A stretch of 64,000 bases of DNA from assembly GCA_029953675.1 (NCBI GenBank), contig JAMWBK010000002.1, positions 1,488,001 to 1,552,000 on the forward strand. Reading direction: 5' to 3'. How positions within the stretch are numbered: the stretch's first letter is position 1; every line of letters begins with the position of its first letter. The notes beneath the pieces were generated by a model that was not told the DNA's origin, searched no databases, and worked only from the letters and a program-made list of their open reading frames with translations. This stretch comes from Rhodosorus marinus CCMP1338. Lineage: Eukaryota > Plantae > Rhodophyta. Shown here one piece after another: positions 39,241 to 49,874 of this stretch. The translations under genes were made by a program, and so were the position numbers.

Positions 39241-40829
39241 CTCTTCTTCCTTTCGTCACAACTCGATCATCCAACCTCAAAAAAACAAAAATACAATCCA
39301 CAGCGATCCTGCTGATTACTCCTCCTCTCTATGATACTCCGGAATTCACGTCCCTGCAACTCCTCACCCATCTACTACCATTCTGTTGCTTCCCTCGAAC
39401 GCTTATATATCCTTCGGTACATCCCAACCGGTTGGGATCACCTGTCTAAAAACGAACGCAGGTGCAGAATCCAGAATTAAAAATTACTTATGAAAATGAA
39501 TAATGCGAATCCCCGTAATTTGACAAACACAATTACATTTTAAACAAAAAAAATCCAAGCTCTACAACGGGAGTCAGGAATTCCCGGTTGTAGTGATACT
39601 ATTGTATCTTTCCGGATTAGATATTTTGGAAATTTTTTGAAGAACTTTTTGTCCGGATTGTTCAATTCCTCTGAAGAAAAAACAATAGCCTAAACCAAAA
39701 TGCTTTTGTTTATTTACTTTCAAATCGGCAATTTTGCGAATAAGGAATACTTTTTCTTAGAGTCGCGCAGCCCGCCATCGACTGATTAGAGAATGCTGAG
39801 GGCATCTTATTTTTAGAATCGGCTGGATTGCGAACAAATTCTTTCTCGAAAACATTGGAGGGGGTTCTCATTGTACAGATTTACATTGGAATGTTACGAG
39901 CTTATTTCGTAAATTCATGCAATAAGATGTTCCCCTATTGTTTCCCCAGGGTAGTAGTGGTCTCACGTGCATAATAGGGGGGGAAAGGGGCCGCGGAGAT
40001 GTGCATAAAAATAATTGGTTTTTGGACACAAAGATTTACAAGAGCGGTAGTGGAAGCGCATTTTAGAGCACAAAAATAGGACAGACACCCTTATATATAG
40101 CTAGCACCCTCGGACTCGGAGTAGCATGAACAAATATTTTGATAAATTTCCAATGCACGGCAGTTACAATCTGGCTGCTCGTTTCAATATTGATACGCCT
40201 TTAGATATTTATACAAAATGATTTCTCGACAGCGGTGATTGCATGAACCCATCCCTTGCGCAGCGATGCCCATATATATCTGAATTGTAATACTTTATTT
40301 CCCTTAACCCCCCCTTCAACACGTAAAAGCAAACCTACCAATGGAAATCTTCAATATCAACAGCTGTCCATTGTACGCATGTTGGTCCAATAAAAATTCA
40401 GAGTCGTTGCCACTGGTGGTGACTTGTGGAAGTGAAGTTGAAGAGAGTCGGGCTTAGATTTAGAGCGGAATGTGGAAAAGCCCTCAGGCCCGAAACGAGA
40501 ACCGAGATTCCTCTGCCGGCCGTGCAAGAGGGCAGAGCTCTCGGATAGAACCTTTTGCACAGACCCATAGAACGCTCCGCCATAGATTTCACAGCTCTGC
40601 CGTGATTTCTGTGTGGCAGAGCGTGATCCGGACTTTGAATTTAAGAAGAAAAAGGGGGGAACTACAACAATCACCTATTATTAAAATTTTATTGCTTCGC
40701 CCGATTCTGAGCAGGAATCGAAGGGTTTCCTAGAGAACTCGAAAACATTACTGTTTTTCATAGGGCACTGCGTAGAAAACCCTTGCCTTCGAGGGCGGTG
40801 CTGACTTTCAGAAACCATGTAAATGCACT

Positions 40830-40883
40830 CTGCCATGGCCGATTTTACGAACTGCCATGGCCGATTTTACGAACTGCCATGGC
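40830..40883. repeat. 22-bp tandem repeat, 2.5 copies
   Basis: CTGCCATGGCCGATTTTACGAA x2 plus CTGCCATGGC. Confidence 0.95.
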
Positions 40884-43429
40884 TCAGTACGCTCTCCCAG
40901 CAGGATTAGACCCTCGTCCAAAGCGCTCGGTCCCAAAATCGTTTGCGTTTCAAAAAACCAAGAATTTATTTTAACTCAATTCAATTTTTCTTGGGTTCTA
41001 TAGGGAGTGCGTGTTGAATTGTCTTGATTTCCAAATGGTTCTGCTCAGCCTGCGAAAGAGGACTTTATCTAACAATCGAGAGGGGTTGTCTTTCTTCGAA
41101 TATTTTTGGAAATGTCAGCCCTACGAACATCACCATGTCATCATTGAATTCGGCCACCCATTGGCCTCTTCGCCGAATAGAATTCCTCTAGTCTTATATT
41201 TACGAGACCAACGACCTTCCCATGCACACCATTCGCTGGAGAACGGAGTTCCGCAACTATTATTGGTTCTCTTACCCGAACGATGAATTTATTTTCATTT
41301 TAATAGGGTTCGTCGCTTCTGGCACACCCCGCATGGAGCTCGAGGGAAGCCGGTTCATCGGAAAAAAGGGGTTCACTAGTCCCAGTAACATACGTTGGAG
41401 CTGCAGATCGTGGATTACAATTCGAAAGAAAACGATCTGGTTGAGCACATTCCTTCGTTTCGCAACTTTAAGACGTGAGTGCACGGGACTATTTACTGCC
41501 GCAGTCTGAGACAGTTGTCCATCAAAGAATAGGGGTTTTGGAGCAGTTTGGTGACAATCTATTTTTGGTTTGCAACAGAGGCGGGTTGAAATGTCCGTAC
41601 TAAGTTTGTGTTTATAACGGTGCAGAAGCTAGGCGAGGGAGAGTAGTTGATGTTGGAGGTAGTGTCGAGGCCATGCATTGATCAACCCTACGATCGTCAG
41701 CAAGACAGAGGCTCGGCTCCGTTTATAGTTTGGGGTCGTATCCACTCCATCACCGCGCCTGATCTTGTACTACAGGTACAATCTACACGCTTCATGCGAA
41801 TTGGGTGCATAAGGGGAGGCGGTTCCGACGGCGACTCTTCACCTTTGATGCTTATTGCGCGGTTTTAAACTTAGCGATCTTCCCGCCGCTCGACCACCGA
41901 CTCTCATATCGTCTGCGAAGAAGAGATGTACACTCTTTGTGCTAAATTAGTTTCATGAGAGGCGATGTTTCCGAAGCCCTCTCCTTGTGTCCGATCCTTG
42001 TGATGAGTCTGCGTTCCAAACTACAAGAGCTGGAGTTTGGTAACCGTGTTTATTGGTGGTCCGTTTTCTGGTAGACTAAATACCGTGACTGACCCAATGC
42101 CTCCGTGGTTTCTCTTCAACAGCTCCTGGGTCTGAGTCCTGTTTCTACGGTTTGTAGAAAAGCTCAGCTGCCAATCACACGTCGTGACCAGTCTTCCTGA
42201 CATCCTAGAGGCCCATTACGTTCATCCGGTCAATTGGAGGAAGTTGCAAGAGGATACTTAAATACTTGGAGTTTCCTTTTTGGCTTTCAAGACTACCAAG
42301 CGCAGCAGAATTTGATATCCGCGCCGCGCGCTCGCATATTTTGCGGGTACCGCGCATTAGCGCTCCCCCCTCGATCATCTACGACTGAACCAACTATCCA
42401 AGGGTGCCCTCGAACAATCGTCGACTGAATCAGATACCCAAGGGTACCCTGAACTATTCTGAGCAAACCTGAAAGGGGGTGCTTAGCCTCATCCTCCAGC
42501 TGCTCGCATTAGAATCGGAAGATTCCTCAGCTCCCGTTAATATGGCTCCTTGGCTTCTTTTATCCCTGGTTTCAACGATCTCGTTCTTTGCGTTTGGAAG
42601 CCTAATCCTTAGAGCTGTTTCGTGCAAAGAAGGGACCCTTTTAAATACAGCTCACAGACATCTCGCAGGCGTTCTATCCGTGAGCTGTATTTCTAAAGGT
42701 TTCTAGCATGAAAGGAGGGCGTGGCCCAGCTCCCTTCCCAGGCAACCCTCATGTTTATCCCTCCGACTTGATGGGTCTTAAGTCGACATGGCGTTCTCTC
42801 GGTTTTCCTAATACGGATCTGGCCTAAAAGTACAAACCGCGCTGCGGCTTGTTTCCCATAGTAGGAGCCCTTCGTGGCTCTTAAAGTACAGAGTCTCCGC
42901 CGAATAGACCACAGTCCCCTTTTTGGAGCTCGACGCTGGTTTCTTGGATCCGGCCCTTAGTCTTAATTGAGCGCACCTTCGGTCATCCCCGTCTATTTTC
43001 TACTTCAAGAATCTACTGTGCCTGTCGATCTTCATCCTGCGCCTACTCTCGACATCATCTTTACCCAACCTATCATGCGGATCAATCTTGGAGTTGTAGC
43101 CAGGCATCCAGGTGTGAAGCTCGAAAGTATATAATTATTTTTTGCAGAGCTGCATACGCCCCCTTGGCTGCGAGCTAGAACCGTCACACGAGCAAAACGA
43201 CTAACACTGTACGTATGACGTATGAACAACATTGGGCAAACTTCAAAATAGAGTAGCCTGATACTGCCAACGCGCGATTGTGTCTCCCTCATTGCATCTT
43301 ATCAGCTCCTCCAAATCGTTCAACTTGTTCTGAGAGGGTTAAATATTTCCTTGAAAATGGCAGGCAAAAAAAGCAGTTCAGCCGTAAAGCAAAGAGCAGG
43401 CTAACCGGTAAGTTTCCACGCGGTCCACC

Positions 43430-44621
43430 TTACGAGTATATAATGGAGAGCGCACGTCTCAGTTCTCGGTTTTCGGCGGTGAGGCGCTGAATCTGCTCCT
43501 GCCGTCGCTCCTTTGAGATTCGCGCACTCCTCCTATTCCGAAGAATCTGGCGTTCTCGTCGTTGTTCCGGAGTCAATTTCTTCACCTCTTGCAGATGTCT
43601 CTGGCGAAGCTGTTTTAGTTCGGACCGTGACGCATTTCCAGGGGGGGAAAAAATTGGTGGTTGGCCAGCCAAGAGTTTGTTGCTCGCTATGTCCTCGGAG
43701 GTTGCCGTATTCGCCCTGGGAACGACGCATGTTCACAGTCTTAGCAGGGATGAAAACGTGAAAACCTTTCAATGCCACTATGCACTACTCAACTCACCTT
43801 GAGAAGTCATTGCAAAACACGCCAACACTGCTCAAATGCCAGCAGTCTGTACCTTTCGACTCCGTGCAGGACTTGTCGCAGGACTTCAAATGCTCCAATA
43901 TCCCCTGCAAATCCGAGGAGAGCGGCTCCTCGCATTTGTCATGTGGACAACTAATTTCTCCTTTGAATCCTTGGGTTCTATCCTCTGTCTTGTGCATCTC
44001 ACTACTGGGTGCTGTATGGTTGTCTTTTAAACCTACACAGCCCCACAATCATCTTCAGTCCGTGTCAGTCTGTATGCACAATCTGCTTGCAATTGAACCC
44101 ACAACCATCTACTGGCATCTTAAACACATCTGAAAGCACTGCGTCGAAGTCATTCAAATGCGTACATTGTCCGTCTTCAACACTGTCGCAGAATTCCTTT
44201 CCGATTAGAAAAAAAGCGACGAAGAAAGGAAGTTAGGAAAGCAAGTTGTTCTGTACTATAGGTAGTTGCTAGCGCCCAGTATGAGGGACCGCTCAGTAAA
44301 TTTGAACAGACAAGGTTATGCCTATATCCAATTATTCCTTACCAAGCATTCTTCTAAATGGCGCGGAACGATCTGCGGATTGTTTAGCGCTTTTGAGCAA
44401 GACTGATGCGGACACTTCTTCTTGTCCCCCCAGATTTTGGAAACGCTCTCTTCGTATTTTGCGAGATGGTCACAATTTGCTCCTTCCACAACTTCCGCCT
44501 CGCCGCTTCCTCCCTCGTGACATGTCGATGGACAGTTTTCCAGATGCGTGATTAAGTCATGAAGCGGATACATTTCCGAACTTTCCCCATGGGGACATTT
44601 CAACAGCGACGAATCCGACAT
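43430..44621 (-). CDS. Triple Cys/His-repeat (TRAF-zinc-finger-like) protein fused to a C-terminal bZIP; 4 exons (44621-44343, 44196-44106, 44032-43798, 43715-43430), 296 aa
   Basis: ATG at 44621. Introns GTAAGG..GAAAG (phase 0), GTTGTG..TGTAG (phase 1) and GTGAGT..CCCAG (phase 2) join four separate ORFs into one 891-nt frame. C-terminus LTPEQRRERQILRNRRSARISKERRQEQIQRLTAENRELRRAL is a bZIP. Confidence 0.82.
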
Positions 44622-45823
44622 CTTTCCACAAAAATAAATTCAACCACTCTCCTTCTCAACTTCAAAGAATGAAACAGGCACCTCAAACCGAAACCAGGAA
44701 GCTAGGCTCTTCAAACTTTTTTTCCCCCACTCACTTGCTTTTCATAGCCCCGCAGGAAAAAAAAAATTCAAAGCGTGCAAATTATGTTAGCAATCTTCTT
44801 TCCCATTCTATGCAAACACTCTCTACGACAGGAACCTACCAACCCACTACACACCCAACCCATCTCTCCCCCGGCCCACCCCTATCCTCGCCCTATATAA
44901 CCCGACGGTCCATAATCGTTTATGAATCAAATTCCTTACAAACCCAAAAAAAAACATCTAAAACCGGCACCTCATCGACAGGGCCTTAGCAACAGATGAA
45001 GCGCCCGCAGACTGTGCCTAAAAAACCTGCACAAGGACCATATCAATCAATATATCAATGTAATTTCGTATTTTGATTGATGATCTGTTTTTTGTTTTGT
45101 TTTTTTAGTGAAAAGGGTTCTCGACAGCGGGAATTTTGTTGGGAACAGGGCGGCGGTGTTCTTTTTTTGGCTCTTTGCGATCAATTTAGAGCATAGTAAA
45201 GTTAGTTTGGAATGGAGAGTTGTTTTGGACTCTGAAAAACTGTTTTTTAGTATTGGGTCGGTCTTAGATTGGCTTAATGTAGGTAAGCTATGTTGATCGT
45301 GTGGCTGACTTTGGCGGTTGGAGAAAGTGATCTGTCGGAAAAGGGACTTTCGCGAACATCGGCCTTTTTACCGAACGGTTGTTTGGCTACGAATAAATGA
45401 GTCAGCTGGGTTCTGCAGTAGGACCCTTGGAGTGCAGACTCTTGGTTCGGCTAACGCTGTTGATGATTCTTTCAGCGGACTGTAGAAACTATGAGGCAGA
45501 AGGGAACAATACGTGGCTGCCTAAAAAATCCACATAGTATTGTTCCGTAAAACCTGAAGCCACCCGTCCCTTGGAGTTGAGCACTCTGGATCCGTCTAAG
45601 AAGACGTCGCTGAGATGAACGCCCGAGGGAGAACCCCTTTGAACGACAAGTAGAGTCGCAGCAGCCTAGAACACAGCCAGAGTTTCCGGTCTTGATTTCG
45701 TGCTATACCGCAAAACTCCCCGGGGAGATGCTATGGGTGGGGGGGGGATCTTGGTCCAAGTTTTATGAAATTCCTCGTCTTGCGGCAAGTATGAGGAGCG
45801 AACTGGGCCAACCCGTGCTGGAG

Positions 45824-46450
45824 CTAGTTGTGGGATGTTCCCCTCCCCGGGGGCTGGCTGTACTTGTCCTTGAATCGCTTGCTTGTCGATGAGATAGTTG
45901 TTCTGCATGAATGCTTGTACTCTAGTGCACCTTGTTCATTGTCCATATTCTGGTTCGTTCGTTGAATGCAATCCATCAGCTGGGCTCTCACTGAGCTATT
46001 GATGACGCCACCAACAGCAACCGCGTTCCGCAGAACTCGGAGACACCCTTCAAAGTTTGCCTCTCTCGCGTAGAGGAGAGCCAAAGATTCTAGCTGGGTT
46101 GTCTCGGGTAGAATTCGTCTTCGGAGGGATTCCTCAAACACAAGCTCGGCGTCGTAAAGCATCCCGCGTTCTAGAAAAAGAGTCATGAGAACACCGGCAG
46201 TCCTTGAATTCCAGTCAATTCGCCATGCAGCAGTTGCGCTCAGATACGACTCGACGTGGCAAAAATTCGTTTCTGGTTTCACTCCGGATAAGATCTTGTT
46301 CGACAAATTGGCATTGGGAATGAACCCGTGCACGCGAATGTCCTGTAAGGCTTTTATGACATTTGGCATCTGTCCTCTCGCAACTAGAGCCGGAAGAACT
46401 TGATACATAAACCTGCGGCTTGAAAACATTCCAGGAGGCTTTTGGACCAT
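45824..46450 (-). CDS. Pentatricopeptide-repeat-like protein; 5' end uncertain
   Basis: Helical repeats with PPR-like periodicity: MYQVLPALVARGQMPNVIKALQDIRVHGFIPN, WNSRTAGVLMTLFLERGMLYDAELVFEESLRRRILPE, LESLALLYAREANFEGCLRVLRNA. First in-frame ATG at 46450; an upstream exon near 46530-46620 is possible. Confidence 0.6.
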   Translation of the reverse strand: MVQKPPGMFSSRRFMYQVLPALVARGQMPNVIKALQDIRVHGFIPNANLSNKILSGVKPETNFCHVESYLSATAAWRIDWNSRTAGVLMTLFLERGMLYDAELVFEESLRRRILPETTQLESLALLYAREANFEGCLRVLRNAVAVGGVINSSVRAQLMDCIQRTNQNMDNEQGALEYKHSCRTTISSTSKRFKDKYSQPPGRGTSHN

Positions 46451-46954
46451 TGCAAGCAATCACGAGGTCTTGCTCTGCTACTTTCAAAAGACCCCTGAAA
46501 ACAGGCAAACAAATATCTAGAAGGTGCACCTCGGTCCCCACGAAAACAGTTTTGTCTTACCCTGATCTTCGAACACTGAGCTCTACGCAACTTGCTACTA
46601 GTCCAACTTTCACCCAAACCTACCCCGCACCTAGCCCTCATCTGGTGTGGAATGAGGAAAAATCGTTGGGTGTTCGATGTAAAAGGGGTGAAGGTTGTCC
46701 GTAACGCCACCGACGTGGCAGGCTGACCCCAGAACCTCAGCACATGTGGGAACTGGTCCAACACATATGGGCAAAGTCAACATGGAAGCACATGATTACT
46801 GATACGTACGAAGTTGTAATATCGGAGATTCGATCCGATTTTCATTTCAAGCCTTAATTAAGAAAAAAAAATAACCTAAATGCAATTAAGAGCTTAATTG
46901 TTAAGGGGTGGTGCATGTCGAGCTCAGTCTTGTATTCTCTCCGAGATGCGGCTC

Positions 46955-48216
46955 CTAGAGGGCTGCGGCATTCAGTGCCTCTATGGCTTCTTCTGGGGAA
47001 AGTCTGTAGCAGCGTTTACAAAACTCGCAGGTGGCCTCGACATGGCCCTGCTCTGCGATGAGGTCCTCTATGTCCTTTCTCCCGAGGAGTACAACCGTTC
47101 GACGGACGCGCTCTCTGCCACAACTGCAGTAGTACTTCGGGTAGCTCTCTGCGACCTGAAGTGTTTTCAGTCCGTTCAAAGCTTCTTCTGTGAGTAAGCG
47201 CTCTCCCCAAAGAATTCTGAGAGGCCTCAGCTAATCCGAGTTTTCAAAACGCGTCGTGCCTTGGAACTAAACCCAACTCTTGCGTGCAGAAAATTTTGAG
47301 AAGAACAAACCTCAAGCGGATCCAGATCCTTCATAAGCTTTCCAATGATGTCCGTGGCGCTCATCCCGCTTCGGATCAATTCCGTTGGTGTCATTTTGAG
47401 GCTCTGCACGTTCTCCTCCACAATCCTCGTTGAATCCTCCGTCGCTCCAGGAAGCATGGACACCAGGAAGCCACCCGCTGCCATCACTTCACCTTTCTTA
47501 TCAACGAGAACACCTAATCGTAAATCTCAAAAAAATCAATTAGCTGCGTTTCCAGCGCTTTGCACTGCGCGTCCTAGCTCTAGCGCACCTGCTCCGAGCG
47601 CTGAAGGCGTCTGCTCTGAATCAGCGAGGTATGACGCAACGTCTTCGGCCACCTCCCCTGATACTATCGTAGTGAGTCCAGTGTAAGGATTTTTCCACAT
47701 GGGATGGTTTCTAACAACAGCTAGGATGCCTCTCCCGACAGCCTTGCCAACGTCCAGGTGCCCCTCGCTGTTCGGTGGCAGTACCACAGATGGATCACCC
47801 ACGTACCCTCGAACTTCTCCCCTTCCATTTGAAATTGCAACTGTTGTCTTCAGAGGGCCATCACCTCTGAGCTCCAACTGCACAGTTTCGCCTTCCTTCT
47901 TGCCAGCTGACAGTAGCAACCCGCATATCATTGCCCTTCCCAGCGCGGCGGAGGCAACCGGACTAGTCTTCTGAACACTTGCCGCAGCATTCACAAGACC
48001 AGTCGCAGTAACCACTCTACAGCTTACCTCCCCGTTCGCCGCAATCGTCCGCACAGTCAAGTCACCAGGAATATGCCGGTTCAACATTGGCCACGCGGCC
48101 GGCAACCCGTCATCCGATCCGTTACCATCTTCATCTTCCGCTCGTATGGAGCACCTCGCCAAGCGCTTTAATCTTCTATCCAAACTCAAACCATATAGTC
48201 CGACAAACCCTACCAT
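46955..48216 (-). CDS. hslO: Plastid-targeted Hsp33 redox-regulated chaperone; exons 48216-47589, 47513-47311, 47155-46955; 343 aa
   Basis: SPVASAALGR, RGDGPL, VRGYVGDP, SGEVAEDVASYLADSEQ, AAGGFLVSMLPGA and the redox-switch motifs YYCSC...TCEFC. N-terminal MVGFV...RCSIRAE looks like a transit peptide. Confidence 0.93.
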
Positions 48217-49874
48217 GTTGCCCAAGAAACACTCGGTCCCTAAGGCATCAAAATCCCAACCCTCGCTCCGGAAGACTGTTCACCGCCAAGGATAAACTCT
48301 ATCCGTCACCAAGGAACTCCAAGCCCGTTTCAGATCCTAAACTGTAACCTCAATCATAGAATTTGAAATCAGAACGGCCATTTCATAGAGACCGCCTATC
48401 TTGACCATTGGGTTCAGCAGGACAACAACCGATGTATGGCAATCTCAATCCCGTTAAACCGTACCACCGTCTCCACGCGGTCGTCTAACAACCCTAGAAA
48501 ATGGCATGACAAAACACTCTGACCTCCCCGAACTAGAATAATACAAATACATAGTTATATTTTGAATAAACTGAGTAATACTACAAATTACTATGAGACA
48601 AGTGGTATGAAAACTTGTACTAATTCGTTGTTTGGCGTATGGATTATTTTTTATTGAATTATAAATTATTTAATCAAATAATAACCTTGCGCGTGTCTTG
48701 TATTTTCGAATTGTAATATTGCACGTGTCCGATAACACGAAGGGAGGTGAAGGTATCCATTGGGTTGGGTGACCCTCCCCATCATGAAGGGTAAACTTTT
48801 GAGACTGTTTGATCAAGAAACGGTGTGAGACACAGCTGTGCACTGGTTCAATCGAACCTTCGACGTCTCATGCTCCGAGTGCGAGGATTAAGCGCGAAGC
48901 TAAAAACGAATTAGCTATCGGCTGTTGGTTTGGAGGACTGCCTTGTACTGTGGAGGAATCTTGGAGCTTGAAAAGCGTTTTCACATGGCTAAGCTAACCC
49001 ATTCCCGCACTCCGGTCAGTCTTCTTGCTCAACCAACATGATAACATCTTACCCACCCAAGTTGGACCTATCAACGCGAAATACAGTCTTCTAACCTTCA
49101 AAAAAAAGCACATCGTATCGCTGGAAACCTCCTGTCTAGACAGACTCCTGCCCCATCTTAAGGGTAACCTTAGGGCTTAAGCATGTTTCCTAACCTCCCC
49201 ACCACAACCGCGGTTAGGTATACCCTACTAGAATCCTAAGACTAAGAACACTGATCATAGGGCCTTTTGCTGTCCTTGTCAGATCCATCGCGCCTCCAAT
49301 ACGCCAAGTAGACCTGAAAACGTCCTCGCGCTCCCCCACCTCAACCCCCAAGTTTCGTTCTCAACGTGTAGCTAGCAGTGCCTCCCAAAGTCGGACACGT
49401 GTCTTCACAGTGTCCGTTAATAGAAATTCCCCTAAAACCGGATTCTCTCAATGTGGGACTGTCAAATGTACCACGCTAGCGTATGACACTGTCTGGAATT
49501 GAGTGTAAGAAGACTGGTTGGGGAGTGCGAGGGGGGGAGGGCGCAAGAGGGAAGAGATAATTGTACAATGGAATTGTCCTTTCCTTTCTGTAGTTAAGCT
49601 TCGGGGTTTTGGAGAGTCCTCATTTTGTCGTAAACAGAGGACGTGACAGTTTTATATATATGCTTTTGCGTTTATGGTTGAGCCATCCTCTGGACAGAGG
49701 TGCGGGATTCAGAAGGAGGGGAGAACCTGTGAGGACCTGAGGAAGGCGTATCTGGATATTAGAGAAGATTCTATTCTTTCAGATGTCCTGTTGCACGTGT
49801 TCAATGTGTAGAAGCCGGTAGGTGTGCATTGTCCTTTTTCGGGTTGAGAACACTGTGCCATCTTCTAGGGAGAA

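Noticed and set aside
41000-42500. Possible further Gypsy RNase H and integrase relics
   Set aside because: The resemblance is too weak (no intact catalytic motif) to list as a feature.
49150-49240. Isolated TTAGGG/CCTAA-like words
   Set aside because: Not in tandem; not a telomeric array.
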